From Sphaerodactylus townsendi (taxonomy: Eukaryota), in NCBI RefSeq assembly GCF_021028975.2, contig NC_059425.1, positions 163,184,001 to 163,248,000 of the forward strand: a stretch of 64,000 bases of DNA, in the 5' to 3' direction. Below the pieces are notes generated by a model. The model ran no database searches. It saw only the letters and a list, made by a program, of their open reading frames with translations, and was not told where the DNA came from. The position numbers and the translations under genes were made by a program. Below, piece by piece: positions 11,679-25,372 of the stretch; the first letter of the stretch is position 1, and each line of letters opens with the position of its first letter.

Positions 11679-13342
11679 TAAGGGGTATACATCATTAGAA
11701 GGGTAAAAGGACCACAGAGTCATTTGTTGGATCCACTAGAGTGTTTTTGTGGATGGAAGGATCTCTACTCATTGAGTGTGATTTGCTTGGCTACCCTAGT
11801 CAGATGTAGGGCAGTATTTTCCCCTGAAGTGTTGCTCCTGAAATACTGCAAGTTGATGGGCGTTTTCCCCTTACCTTCACCACGCATCCTCTATGCCACG
11901 CGGCTGCTCTCAGCAGCGCGTGCCATTTCTGATGTAGCGCGACGCTGGCGTCCCCTCACTGACCCATATTTCAAGGCCAATGCGAGAGGTCATCAAAAGG
12001 TGCCGTTTACAAGAGTGCCAGGAATGATGCACGCTGAGGGGGCGCAACAGCGGCAGCGTCGGAGGCGGCTGCGTTGTCGCTGCTCCTGTAGTGGGGAGTG
12101 CCGGGGGACCCCGCGCTACTTGAGGAGAGTAGTGCGAGGCTTACGGTAAGTTGGGAAAGGCCCGATAAGAAGTTCATTTCAACGGGCATTTTGGGCTGTA
12201 GTGGGAAGGAGAAGGACAGAAAATATTCTAGAATGGAACACCGTAGAATTTCCCTCACTCAGATACATTATATAAAGCTTTTCTGCTATTTTAACCTTCC
12301 CAATGTTTGTTAAGAAGGAAGCTGAAGCTGGTCATTTGAATCATGGGAAGAGAAAACTGATTTATAAAATCATAAATGCATAGAAGTCTTTCTAGAAGTC
12401 TTTCTGTGTGTGTGCGTGCGTGCGTGTGAGTGAGAGGGGGGAAGAGGAGAGATTTTTGCAACGTGCTTTACTTATAGCTCTAAAAAGCATTTGAAATTTG
12501 TGTGAGAAAAATGTGTTCTCACTGCTTTTTTTGTTCAAAAAATAAAGCTGTACACAATTCTGTGGAGGGAGAATAACAGGGGAAAATTGATGCTTTCATC
12601 GCTAACTTGGTGCTCTCTTCTCAATTGCTATTCTTAGGCATCAGAAGTAGGTAGTTAGAAGTGTTTGGGTCACAGTTTGAATGAATGATTAAGAGAGACC
12701 ACACAATGTGCATCCATTTGTTATGCAAACCAAAGCAAGGGGTCCTCCAGGTTCAGCTAAACATAACAACTCAGAGGTACTCTGGAAGGGCTCTTACCTC
12801 TTGCTGGAAAAATGATCCCTCCTGTAAAGCCCAGAGTGGTACAGTGCCTCATTTAGCCACTTATCTATTGAGAAGAGACCTCTTAATGCCTTTTTCATCA
12901 ACAAGCCTCCCACATTGCCGCGCAGTTCATCTCTCTGGGTTTTGGATTAAAGCTTTTGTCAGTATCTTCAAACAGGGTTCTTTTAAAACACACACACATA
13001 TACACACGCACACCAAAGCATGGAATGATAATTGAGGTAAACCAATAGGCTCAAGATGGTTTACATTTAAAAATGAACAAGAACAAATGTTTTTCAGAAA
13101 CACCCATATAGCTGTGTTAAATTTTAACATTTAACTAGAAGTAATGGGGTATTATGCTTTAAACTATGAAAAAAATCCTCAGAAAATCCTCTCAGGCAAG
13201 TTCATAACATGTTCACACAGCTGTCTGTTGCAATGTTACACACCAGATCTAGATAATTTTGCTGACCTACTATAACATCCCTTGCCTTAACAAGTATCTG
13301 ATATTTTCTTGGATTTTTAATTCACATTCCTGCTAAATTAAC

Positions 13343-13502
13343 CAGAGGAGGGATCCAACCAGTTTTTCTGAGTGCCAAGAAGGGGTTACTAAAGCAACCT
13401 CCCTGCCCAATAGGGACTGGAGGCGCATGTGTGCGGCGGCACCACTGTTTGAATCCCACCACCATCGGAACCTGTTATTAAAATTTTTGGATCCCACCAC
13501 TG
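13343..13502. mobile_element. hAT MITE
   Basis: TIRs CAGAGGAGGGATCCA / TGGATCCCACCACTG; perfect 8-bp TSD aaattaac. Confidence 0.88.
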
Positions 13503-14382
13503 AAATTAACCCTTCTCTCTCAGCCTTCAAAACCCAACTTCTTCTGACTAACCATATCCCCAAAATTCCAAATTCCCAACCCCTGTCAGATTTTACTCCC
13601 CCCCCCACCACATAGCTCCTCTTGGCTGACTCAGAGAACTGTTCTGACTGGTGTCTATGTCTTTGGGGTATATTTCATAGACAGCTCATTAGTTGAATCG
13701 GTATTTCAATCAAACTTCGGCTGAGGCCTGATTTCAATCATCATGTCATATTGATGTATTCCTAAAAAATGGAAATAAACATTAAGGACAGCCAACAAAG
13801 AATGAAAACTGTTTATCAAACTAAAAGTTATGAGCAAGTCTTATAAATACTTTTTCAAGAGCCCCAAAAAACACCTCTGATAAGGAATTGGTAGGATTTA
13901 AAGATATCTGATCTGTTGAGTTATCAATTAGCAAACACATTAACCAGTCTCCTACTGTTTTATAGTTTTAATAATATTTCCACTGATGTTTGACTGTAAT
14001 TATGTCCAAACAAACCCCTGAGAGATCAGCTGGTAAGGTTATCATAAATTCAAATAGTAAAACTGGCCGAATCTTTGGATACTTAATTTGGTGATTGGAG
14101 TTGTGAATCAGCAAGACAGATCTTTTTACAAACCTGAAAGGAGCCCCAGGTTTGCAAAAAAGAAGTGATATCTGAAAAAGATAAACATATTAAAGGGAGT
14201 TTATAAAATCCCAAAAGGATAAAAGCACCTATAGCTTTAAGCAACAGATTCCCTTGACAGCTGTTGCTAGGCAACCACAGCATTCCAAGGTTCAGTCAGT
14301 TAAAGGAAGGGGGAGGGAACAAGACTCTTTCAGGCATATTTTTGGCCTTAAAGGGAGGACTCATTGGGCCAGGTGTGGCTAC

Positions 14383-14575
14383 AATTGCCAGGGTGGGAAA
14401 TTCCGGGATATTTTTGGGGTTGGAGTCTGAGAAGGGTAGGGTTTAGGGAGGGATGCTGAATGTAATGCCATAGCCATCTCCAAGCATCCATTTTCTCCAG
14501 AGTGACTCTGTCATCTGGAGATCAGGTGTAATTCTGGGAGATCTCCATGTATCCCCTGGAGACTGGCAACCCAAG
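14383..14575. mobile_element. GGGTTGCCA-TIR non-autonomous DNA element (hAT-like); related copies at ~15536-15748, 16740-16825, 41850-41960, 42260-42355
   Basis: Shared internal tctccagggaaactgatctctgt...ctggagatc motif and ttgcca / tggcaaccc ends. Confidence 0.6.
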
Positions 14576-14671
14576 CCTGGAAGCAACCTCTGAGTGACTT
14601 GGTACTGCCTGCTTTGTATGACTGAACTAGGACTGACTGCTTGCTGTTGTTTAATAGCAACCACCCTATGA

Positions 14672-14885
14672 AAGCTAGTGTGGTATTGTAGGTAAAAGCT
14701 TCAGAACAGTCTGGGAGACCTTGCTGTGGAAGCATACTGCGTGATCTTGAGCTAGTCACATACAGTCAATCTAACCTACCCCACAAGGTTGTTGTGTGGA
14801 TAAAAAGAAGGAAAAGAGAATAATGTAAGCTGCTTTTTCTCCACCGTGGAGAAAGATGGGGTGTCAATGAAGTAAATAAATAGTA
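14672..14885 (+). mobile_element. Old tRNA/CORE-type SINE
   Basis: gctagtgtggtattgtagg...tctgggagacc...ctaacctaccccacaaggttgttgtg...aataaa. Confidence 0.6.
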
Positions 14886-14963
14886 AATATAACTGAAGAT
14901 GGGAGACAGATAAATTGTAGGGTTTGTGAATAGCTGACAAGGAGACCAAATGAGGCAAGATAC

Positions 14964-15350
14964 TATATATACTTGTGTATAAGTCGACCAGAGTATAAGT
15001 CAAGGCACCTTGTTTTGCCACAAAAACTGAGAAAACTTGACTTGTGTATAAGTCAAGGGTGGGAAATGCAGCAGCCAGCCGCACAGAGCAGGGCGCCGCC
15101 GCCATTCCCCCTCTGCCCCAGGGAGAAGGCACCACAAACATACACCCCGCGGCACCCTCCCCACACTTACTTTAACAAACAAAGCAGGCTTGAGAAGAGG
15201 CCTGCCTCTGTTCCCTTCCAGCTTCAAACGACTTGGTGGGAACTACATTTCCCAAGGTCTCCTGGGAAATGTAGTCCCCAGCAGGCCGTTTCAGCCTGGA
15301 AAGGAACACAGGCAGGCCTCTTCTCAAGCCTGCTCCATTTGTTAAAGTAA
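14964..15350. mobile_element. Partial Tc2/pogo-like element (same family as 8319)
   Basis: Left end ctatatatacttgtgtataagtcgacc...tataagtcaaggcacc; right TIR not seen. Confidence 0.55.
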
Positions 15351-16960
15351 GTGTGTAAATATCCATCACACTCTCAGAGGCAGTGAATTCCACTGTAGAA
15401 CAGCCCTGACATTCCCAGGGGGTGTTGCGGTACCCCTGGGAAATGTTCACGGAACCCCAGAGTACTACGGTACCCTGGTTTGGAATCGCTGAACTAGAAC
15501 AATGGAGAGTTTTCCCAGAGAGAGGCTGCCAAGATTGGGTTGCCAGCTCTGGATTGGGAAATACCTGGTGATTTGGGGGATGGAACATGAGGAAAGTGGG
15601 GTTTGATGTCAGGAGGGACCTCAGAGTGGTATAATGCTACAGAGTCCACCTTTTAAAGCAGTCATTTTCTCCAGGGAAACTGATCTCTGTTGCCTGGAAA
15701 TTTGTCGTAATAGCTGGAGATCTCCTGCCACACCTGGGAGTTGGCAACATTATGCCAAGGGGAAAGAAGGAAATAAAAGTGAAAACAAGGTTGCAGATCA
15801 AGTCACATTTTTTGGTGGGTGGAAAGGAGAGAATGAAGCTGGAAAATAGCCTTTTGGAAAAGGAAAAGAAGAAATACTGAGGGAAGGGGAAATGAGATGG
15901 CTCCCGCAAGTTCTTGTGGGTCTCCTGCAGGTTTTTATATAAATATTTCATGTTGACTCAATGAGCCAACTTACTTCTTGAAAATTGGAATGAAGGTATA
16001 CCAGGAATGGTGCACCTGAGACCTTCTTTGTGCTCTTTGAGACTGTTTGTTTCTTTCAGCTTTTAATTCTGCATTAGATGCTGTTCCAGAGAATACCGTG
16101 ACCTTCTAGAGTAGCTAAGTGGGGCACTGCGGAGCTTCAATGGGAATACTAAAATGCCTTGGTGCAATACTAAAGTTTTTGATTGTTACAGCAGCAGTAT
16201 CATTACTTCCTAGTTTTCCAAAACCAACCTTAAAAGGAATCACAACAACCCCAAAAGATCCTTGGCCACTAATATTTTTTCCTTAGAAGCATTTGTACAA
16301 CCATGGGGTTATTTTGGAAAACCATTATTAGGTTGAAGCAATAATAATGTACAACTTATCACCATTTATGAATGTAGCTTTAAAAGAGGAAATGAGCTTC
16401 TGCTTAATTAACTGCAGGTTCTTACAGACATTACACTTAATTAGGCACATACAAATACAAGTTCCACCCCTACAGCCAAACATTAAACTGTAACAGAACC
16501 TGGAATCTTAACTTTGCTTTCAAAATTGTTCTTTTCAACACTTGCTACACTTCACACTTAGTTTTTAATGTTTCCATCTGAATGATCACCATCTATTATT
16601 GGTATGTTGCCTATCATGGAACTAAATTACCACCAGCTGAACATGACCCATTTCTAATTGCATCACTGGAGGGAGGAGATAACTGAGGACAAGAACCAGT
16701 TTTATGAAAACGGTAGCTTCAGAAGATGAACTCTATGATATCCCATTCCTGCTGAGTTCTCACCCATCCAAATTTTGCCATCCCCAGGATCTCCAGGAAT
16801 TTTTCCAATCCAGAGTTAGCAGCCCTATCTCACCCTCATAACTGAAGTACAATGCCCTTTCAGGAAAAACTCTATGCCTTCCAAACAGATGCAGCTCTCT
16901 CTCAAAGCATATTCCCATAACCATGGAAATAATAAATTAGCAATGGGTGAAAATTCTGTA

Positions 16961-17221
16961 CAGCGGAACCTCAGTTTCGTCGCCCTTGCTTTTCGTTCGT
17001 TTCGGTTTTTGTCGATTGCCTGGGTGAAAAAGTTGACTTGGTTTTCGTTGATCGCCTTGGTTTTCATCGATTTCCATCACCTGCTGTCCATCAAAACCAC
17101 GTCAATAGAGGGCGACCCAGGACTGCAAGGTATGTGGCCCTAGGGTGCCTCAGTTTTCATCGGTTTCGGTTCTTGCAGGCTCCTGCCGAACGGATTACTG
17201 ACGAAAACCGAAGTTCCACTG
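16961..17221. mobile_element. Tigger-like Tc1/mariner MITE
   Basis: TIRs CAGCGGAACCTC / GAAGTTCCACTG with TA TSDs; internal repeated gatgaaaaccga motif as in 60725-61206. Confidence 0.85.
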
Positions 17222-17479
17222 TATTTGATTCTGGGCTCAGGAAACATCCATTTTCACCAATAGCTCCTTGGCTTTACACCAAACTCAATTCTGGCAGTAA
17301 GAGAAGAAGAGTATGAATTTATACCCGCTTTTCTCAGCCATAAGGAGTCTCAAATCAATTTACAAACTCCTTCCCTTCCTCTCCCAACAGGAGACGTGGA
17401 TGTGGACCAGGTCACTATACCATTAACTTCTAAGTGCGTGGGGCTGGATTCAAAATGCTGGTTTGACCGTACAGATGAG

Positions 17480-17930
17480 TACCTGGTCTGGGGTTCAAGG
17501 AATCCAAACGATTCTTCCTTATTCCTATATGCATCTGTTCTTTTGCTAAGATGTGCTTCAGAGGATCTCCTCTAGATGCTGTCACCTTTAGAAACAAGGC
17601 ATGTGGAGGCAAAGATCATTCCTCTGCAGTACCTTCCCTGAACACCCAGTAATGTGTAAATTTCTTCTGGTGCCTTCTTTATCAGTATTTAGGTGCTGCA
17701 CAAAAATCTTCCTGTGTTGCTAGGCATTTAGGTTGATTGGATTTGTGAAAGCTGTGTGCGTGCGTGCGGGGGGGGGGGGGGGACTACTAATATTTTTTTT
17801 TAAAAAAACTGCAATTAGCATTTTAATTGTAATTTTAATTGTAATTGGCATTTTACTGTTGATTGCTTTATTAATATTTTAGCAGCTTTGGGAATTTTTT
17901 GTAACTTGCTAAAGTGGGATGAAAAATGTT
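17480..17930 (+). mobile_element. Degenerate L2 LINE 3' portion
   Basis: Decayed L2 ORF2 end (..ggtgctgcacaaaaatcttcctgtgttgctaggcattt) followed by a T-rich 3'UTR. Confidence 0.45.
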
Positions 17931-18400
17931 TCAAGCTGTACTAAGAATGTGAAATAATTGATTTAATATAAAAACCATTCTGATGACAGGGTTTCCAATC
18001 TATCTTTGGGAGTATTCTGAAGCGGATGCTTCTGAGATGTCACTTCCTGTTTCAGAACAGGAAATGACATTCTGCCACTCTAGAACTGTTTCTATGGGAA
18101 AAACTTATTTTGAAATTCTTAGAGTCACTTCTTTTTCTAAAATGGGACACAATGTTGAAGTGTCTGTCAATGCCACCCCACCTCACCCTGATTTTCCCCT
18201 CACTACTCCACTGAGGGATAGGGGCATTGCTGAGAAATCTCTTGCCAGCAGTGGGTAAGTAGCAACCCTATCTGGTAGAATGGGCAAGACAGGATGACAA
18301 CTGTATGTGTTGTTGAAGCTTTGATTAGCATATTACAAGGACATGTTGTGGTGGAGTTCCATGTCCCCCAAACATATGCAGGCCTGATTCCTATAAGTAA

Positions 18401-18854
18401 TGTCATGATATATAAAAAAGAAAGTAAAAGTTCACAAAAAGGTCATCTTCTGAGTTAGCAGAAGTTTGCAAAACCCAGAGGACAGAGACAGTCAGTCTAG
18501 GGGCAAGATGTATCAATAATTGACCTTTATCATGATTGGTGAATTCAACTGTAACTCTAGACCAATGAGAGGCTGTTGCGTGGGCGGGGAAAAGTATCCT
18601 GATGTATGCATTGTATATGCTATGCTAAGTTGAGATAGAGTCTGAGTTGAGTTGTGTGTATGTGTTGAACTTTGTTCTAGCTGAAGAGTTCTGTATAGTA
18701 TAATAGTCTTGTATAGAATAGACTTGTGTAACCTTGCAACTGCTGAAGTAAAACCTTCCTATGGAAAGAACATCTTGAATGGAGAGTATTCTTTTCCCAG
18801 TGTGATAGAAGGTTGAGGTGAGTGCAAGAAGATTAAAGACTTCTCATCTTACCA
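18401..18854 (+). mobile_element. Probable solo LTR
   Basis: Starts TGTCATG; contains CCAAT (18561), a GC box GGGCGGG, TATA-like tgtata and AGTAAA. TSD not found. Confidence 0.4.
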
Positions 18855-20239
18855 GGGTGACTCCGCTTTAAACTCTGCTGATAGGTAGTGTGTGGGAAGA
18901 AGACACTTTAAACCTTCCTCTCTTTTCTCCCCTTCCTCTGATGCCATTTGCCTCTCCTTAACAGCCCCTGGAGCATGTTTCCCCTGTGGGGCAAATTGTG
19001 ACTTCCCAGGACATTTTCAGGTCCAGGAAATTACATTGGGGGTGAGAGAGTCTTAAGCACCCTCAGTCCCAGTCTTAGAACTTTATGTGCCAGGGAGTCT
19101 CAGAACTCCACCATGTCAAGTCAGCAATTGGGAATAATGACGCATTGGGGTCCTGAATCTTAAGAGCTGTTGAGGACAATAGAAGACAGTGCCTCTCTAT
19201 CTAAAAGTCTACAAGTCCACCTTTCCTATGCCCAAATAAGCATACTAGTAGCAATACCTGAATAAAAGAAGGAAAATCATGATGGACATCAGCTAATATT
19301 TAGAAAAATAGTCTATACAAAGCCCTGTTTTCCGAGGAAACTCATTACTTGAAAAGTAGAAAAATTACAGTGATCAATCATCAGTTGTCCTTGAAAATCA
19401 CTCCCCCTCCCATAAAGCATAATTGTTGTGTCAAGAGGGCTGGTGAAGCTCAGAATTATTCAGGCTGTGTTGCCTTGATTATGCCTATGATTCTCATCTT
19501 AATTATACCCTCCTAAGCCATACAGCGTGTGCTTCAAGGTAGAATCAGACGTATGCAGCTTATATTGCATTTTACAAGGCTTCTGTGGTGGGACAGTGAG
19601 TTTAATTCCTGGCAATGTCCTCCATAATGGCTTGCCTACTAATTAAAAAAAAACGGTTCAGAAGATTTCATTCCATTTGCCTGTTCCATTTTTACTGCGC
19701 AAACTTTCCCATAGATCTCAGTTTCACTGGCCAGATGGTGTATACAATTGGGGGGAAAACACAACAAATACTACAACTTAGTGCTGCGTAGTCTTGGTGC
19801 CAAAACATAAAGAAGGCTTGCAGAATGGTAGAGAACTGCATTTTGGAAACGAAAGGCCTCTTTTAGTTTATCTGCTTTTTCACAAGGAAGGTTGTTATTG
19901 AATTCTAAGACATTTGGCAGGCAATAAAAAGAACCGTTTCTTTCCTGCAGAATCAGCACTTCTGGGACTATTGTTTCAGCTCAGCACACTTACTTATAAG
20001 GTACAAGTAGGTACCATTCTGATTGACTAGACTAGATTAGCAATTAGAGTACGTAGAGGTCAATCTTCACCATATTGTTGAAGAGCTAAAGCTTCCAGAA
20101 CAAACGTTTTCAAAATGTTGGCTTCTTTAGGAACTAATCCCTTCCCTTATGAGACTCACAGCATTGTGCAGGTTCGCCACAAGCACATGTGCCTTTAGAT
20201 CTCAGAGGCACTGATTGTAGACATCTTTCCATAAAATGT

Positions 20240-20330
20240 CAGAGGAAGCAAGCTTTGATTCTCGAAAACATATACTCCCCAAATCTTGTTGGTCTCTAAG
20301 GTGCTACTGGACTTAAATCCAGCTCTTCTT
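20240..20330 (+). mobile_element. Degenerate Penelope-like terminal repeat (second family)
   Basis: cagaggaagcaagctttgattctcgaaaacatatac...aatcttgttggtctctaaggtgctactggact resembles recalled reptile Penelope ends. Confidence 0.5.
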
Positions 20331-21542
20331 CTACAGATCAACACAGTTACCTCCTGAAATTATCCTGTATGTGACACTAGGTTCAAACTCCAGCATCTCC
20401 AATCAAGCAACCAAGTAGCAGAAGATGTGAAAGACCTGAAAGACCTACAAAGCTGCTGCCATTCAGAATAGACAGCACTGATCTTTTTGATAGACCAATG
20501 GTCTGTCTCAGTGTAAGGTAGCTTCATGAAGTATTCTGTATGTTATTACTTTCTGACTGATACTGTCCCTCTGTTCCTTCAAGACACATATTTCTCCTTC
20601 CCCATAACTACACTGTGGGGAAGGTGATGCTGAAAAGTGTCTGGATCAAGATCATTCAGGAAACTTTATGGCTTGAAACCATGCCTCCCAAATCTAAGGC
20701 TGATACTCTACTAGGCAGTCAGTAAACACCTGCAGTATTACATTCTATTGCAAAGAACAAGAATTGTCACTACTGCTAAGCAGCACTATGGCCATTAGTT
20801 GTGCGTGTACAAGTAAAATCAACTAAAGAGATATACTAACAATGCAATGCATGGGGCGGGGAGCAAAAGGACTCTTGGAAGCGATGCCAGGGTGTGCCAA
20901 GGGACAAATGTGCCAGTGGAGAGGGCATTCCCAGAGGTGGAGCTGACTTTTGACCCAGGGATGTTCCCTATGCTGCCTGGAGACTTTAGTGTGGCGTAGC
21001 TCACTGGGCAGCAATAGAAGTTTTCAGATTTGTTGGAGAGTTTTTCAGTTTTTATGGTTCCCACACTGCCTGAAACTCCTTAAGAGGCAGCATGGTTATG
21101 CTGAAGCGGTACTGTCCCTGGCTGCCATAGAACTGCCTCCTTCCTGATGGATTCCACTGTCAGTGTGATGGATATTTACACTGTCACCTGATTGCTGGAA
21201 ATCCCAAATTGATTTTTAAGAAATATCTCAAAATGTCTTCACTTTTCACATGCATTCCAATGTACGCTGTGCGTCACGTTTAGATAACTTCTTAAAGTTC
21301 CTACCAGATTGTTTGGAAATCTCCCCATTAGCCAAATTCAAGACATTTGCTAACATAACCCAACAGAAATTAACATTACTTGTTGGTATACCACCACAGT
21401 TGGATTATGTTCAGTATTCTGTTCCCCAAGCAAAACTGTTTCTGGTGCCCCGTGCCCGGCAAGAACAGAGTGGGAGAGTCACAAGCAAGGTTTAACAGTT
21501 AAAATAAAAGGTTTAATATTTAGAAGAATGGAGACCCTAATT

Positions 21543-21830
21543 CAGTGTTTCCCAACCTTTTCGAGGTCAGGATACCCTTGACCTCACTCTTCATATCTCA
21601 CGGTACCCCTGCCGCCACCTTCCCCTCCCATTGCCCCTGCTTGCCACCCCCCACCTTCCCCTCCCAGGGTGAAGGGAAGTACTGGGGGTGGTGGTGGCTG
21701 TTGACCTTGTGGCAGGCCCTGCCCCATGGGCCAGCTCCATGTCCTTGCTTGCGCCGGTGGGAGACACCACAAAAATGAGGGGGGGACAGTAGTGTTGCCG
21801 CGGTACCCCTGGGACATGCTCACGGCATGT
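21543..21830. mobile_element. hAT non-autonomous element (partial); relative at 15401-15491
   Basis: Left TIR CAGTGTTTCCCAACCTTTT; shared gcggtacccctggga..tgctcacgg motif. Confidence 0.6.
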
Positions 21831-23357
21831 CTAATTCCTCCCAGAGTCTACGTAAAATAAAGTACTTGCTTGACTCGACAGTGGAAGCTGTAAACTTTTG
21901 TTCTTTCTTTGACTGCTTCCAGGAAAGTCGTCTTCTTTAAATTCCTTGAGTCTTTAGGCGGCTACTATTCTCTGTAAACCTTGACTTTATGCTCTCTTTG
22001 CTTCTTTGACGTGACAAAATACTGCTGCCTCCTGACTCCTTAGGTACCTTGTACTGACTGACTAACTGAACAGGGGGATTACTGGGTAATAACAGAAGAC
22101 TGCCCCTTGGGAAACTTCTTAAAGGGATAGGGGCTAACTAAAATCCCCTCCCTTTGGAGATTATACAGAGGACTAAACCCATGCTAGCTATGGGGTTAAC
22201 TGATACTTAATAATGGAAATAATAAAGGCTTCTGTGGGGGCATGACATTCACAAAGTGATCCTATATAACTGACCCCACCCTTTGCTCTTTCCTCTCCCC
22301 AAACATAGCAAGGGCCAAAAGAGAAGAACGCCAGCTCCTACACAAGTTGATTGAAGCCCTCTGGCTTTACTGGTGAAGGGAAGAAGGAATCGTCTTCAGC
22401 ACCAAAACTGACAATAATGGTAACCACCCTGCTGGGTAGAAAGCAACAAGAGCAAGCGCCCTGCTCCCGACTGACATGATTCACCCTCCATTGATTAAAC
22501 CTCCCTCACACTTCAGACCAGTCTTTTCATGCTGCCTTAGAGGCAGCCGCTCCAATTCTTTCCCTCCACAAAAACAGCTGTCATACTAAAAGCCGCAAAA
22601 CTGTTAGCTGACAGAAACTTGACACTGATTAGCACCAGTACTCCACAGGGGGAAACATGACACATACTGTAGCTTTCAGAAAGAGAAACATGTTTCAAAG
22701 AATAAATATCGAGAACTCGGCGATAGCCTTCCATCCTCAGTAATGTGCCTCTACAGCCTTCTCACAAAGGAGTACTCAGCATAAGGCCTCACAGATAGCC
22801 AGCAGTGTCCTGACACCTCAGTGCTGACAACTGTTGATCTCTATCCTGCCTGATTTTGATCACTGGTTGCCACCCACCATTAGCAGTCCTCGTTGTTCCA
22901 GCTGTGCGCTTTTCATTTCTCCTGCCATGTTCTCTCTGTGTCCTAGGCGGAAAAGCATATTTGGGCTGGAGGGAAGAGAAAAAAGTGGCACTAGTTTCCT
23001 GTAAACATTCTAATACCTTCAGTGCATCTGCTTTCCAGGCATAGCATTCAAGGACAAAACCAAAACCAACCAAAAATAATAAATAAATAAATGCTTTATC
23101 TATTTTAGAGAAACCTATGGCATAAATTATTCGGCACACTCATGCGAGCTCAGGCTAGGGTGTGTGTAAAAACAACAACAAAGGTCGTTTCTGTACAGCA
23201 AACTTCTACCTGTGTACCACTGGTTTTTTTTAACCTGGGTCTATTTTATCTTGGGGTGTCTGTTCTCATGGCTGCCCGTTTTTTTAAGGAATCCAGTGAA
23301 GACCGGGAAGAAATACTCCAGCTTGTTTCGCACAAGCCCGGGACTTCTGTATTTACA

Positions 23358-23490
23358 TTGCAAGCATATCTGAGCATGCCCAGTGTCCCACATTCTGATT
23401 GGCTGTTGTTTTTGAGTTGGAGCTGCAAGCATATCTGAGCATGCCTGGTGTCCTGCATTCTGATTGGCATTTGTTTTTGAGTGGCAGCTT
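23358..23490. repeat. ~65-bp tandem duplication
   Basis: tgcaagcatatctgagcatgcc...cattctgattggc...tttttgagt occurs twice in tandem. Confidence 0.8.
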
Positions 23491-23519
23491 GAATGAATGT
23501 CAGGCAGGGAGATCAGGGC

Positions 23520-24130
23520 TGGGCGGGAAAAATTCTCATGAAGGAACTGCCCCGTGAGATTTTGCTAAAGCACAATGAGTATAAATTCCTTAGAGATGTT
23601 CTCAAAAAGAAAAAAAAGTTCTTGTAGATGGAAGCTAACTGAAGGGTTGGGATTCACCTATAATGAATCCTATCACAAGACCACAGATATTTAGGATGCA
23701 AGAAAATTTTTCAACAAGAATAAAAAAGAACTCCAGACAATCTGAAAGTGCTTGCTAGTGCCTTTCTAACTTTTTCTTTTATAGAGAGCTACATATACGA
23801 AGGGATTAAATTGAGAATTAAGAGGTGTAGGAGGGATAGAAAACAAGACAGATAGTATAGATTTAAGATGAGTTTAAATCAAAGGGGATAGAGCAATTAT
23901 AAATGTTTAAACAATCTGAAAATGGTTGTATATAATACAGGGCATGCAACAGGTAGAATGAGTAACAAAATCGATAGGCAATGCTGGTAAAGTGAATGAT
24001 CATATTTTGGATGGTATACATTGTTTGTGTACAAAAAGGATGGTATTAATGGAACTAATCTTATAAAATAAGATGGGAACAATAATAAAGAGCTGGTTTA
24101 GAAGTAAATGGGTTTAGTTAGTTGGAAATA
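23520..24130 (+). mobile_element. Degenerate L1-like ORF1 end / endonuclease start
   Basis: A-rich decayed coding sequence including RWKLTEGLGFTY, similar to squamate L1 ORF1 C-termini. Confidence 0.35.
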
Positions 24131-24139
24131 TTATTCTTG

Positions 24140-24770
24140 AGGTGAAGGCAGAATGGGACCCTTACTGTGAGGTTCAGATGTAATTCCTTCAGCAGCCTAA
24201 AAGGTCTTCTATCAATATCGGTTTTATCCAGTTTACTCCATAGTTCTGCTCGCTCAATAGAATTAAAAGGAGAGAGAGATCAAGAGGAGAGATCAACAAA
24301 AGCAACATAAAGGACTCTTCCAAGGTTTTTTGGTATATTTCTGCATCAGGGCCATGAAGGTCAGGCAATGATCAACTGTGCTATGGCCTTTTCAAAATCC
24401 AGCATGTTCAGGATTGAAGATATGCGATGCCTCTACCCAGTCCTCAAATTTGAATAATAGATGGTAGGTATATAGTTCAGAAAAGATATCAAGAAGACCA
24501 ATAGACTGGTAATTGGCATGGTCATCCATATTGCCCTTTTGGTAAGTAGGAACTATAATCCTTTGCTTTCAATCAAAGGGAATGCTACAAGTACAATCAA
24601 TTTCTGGAAAAAAAGCCCAGCCAAAATTGGGTACCATCATGAATAGCTTGAATATCTCAGGGGAGACGATAGATAAAGTATTAATCAACTGGGAGAATTC
24701 AGAATCTGTGAGTGGACCCCAATTTGGAAGAGAATCTGAATCCATGACTGGGCTTATAGGGCTTAGCTCA
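24140..24770 (-). mobile_element. Non-LTR retrotransposon RT fragment (RTE-X/L2-like), decayed
   Basis: Minus-strand motifs YQKGNMDDHANYQSIGLLD (KKG..DP.NYRPISLL), AGF*KGHSTVDHCL and LYVAFVDL...LWSKL. Confidence 0.7.
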
Positions 24771-24952
24771 CATTGAAGGTTGATCTAAAGCAGGTGTCAG
24801 CAACCCTAAAGCGAGGATCTGCATGCGGCTCTTTCGTCCTTGTTCTGCGGCTCCGCAGTGGCGATGCCAACGACAGCAAGTTGCACTTGGGATGTGGCGA
24901 ACGCGCCTCCTTCCCCGCCCCCTCCCTCCCTCCCTCCCTCCCTCCCCTTTCA

Positions 24953-25372
24953 TTAGTCCTTATTTCCTTTCATTAGTCCTTATTCTTCCCCCCAGCATTT
25001 TCAATGTATGCCCCCTGGTTTTAGTATTGTGAGAAAGAGAGAAAAAATTATCTCTGTTAACATTTTCTACCCCATGCATAATTTTACAGACTTCAATCAT
25101 AACCCGCCTCAGACGTCTCCTCTCCAAACCAGAGTCCCAAACGCTGCAGCCTCTTCTCCTAAGGAAGGTGCTCCAATACCTCAATCATCCTCATTGCCTT
25201 TCTCTGCACTTTTTCTATCTCTTCAATATCCTTTTTGAGATGTGGCGACCAGAACTGAACACAGTACTCCAAGTGCGGTCGCACCACTGCTTTATATAAG
25301 GGCATGACAATCTTTGCAGTTTTATTATTAATTCCTTTCCTAATTATCCCCAGCATAGAGTTTGCCTTTTTA
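24953..25372 (-). mobile_element. CR1 LINE ORF2 fragment
   Basis: KANSMLGIIRKGINNKTAKIVMPLYKAVVRPHLEYCVQFWSPHLKKDIEEIEKVQRKA ... LERRRLR ... TRGHTLKMLGG, with frameshifts. Confidence 0.92.

Noticed and set aside
11724-12258. CpG-rich ORF cluster (141 aa)
   Set aside because: More likely the interior of a non-autonomous DNA element; no recognisable protein and no clear TIR/TSD, so not annotated.
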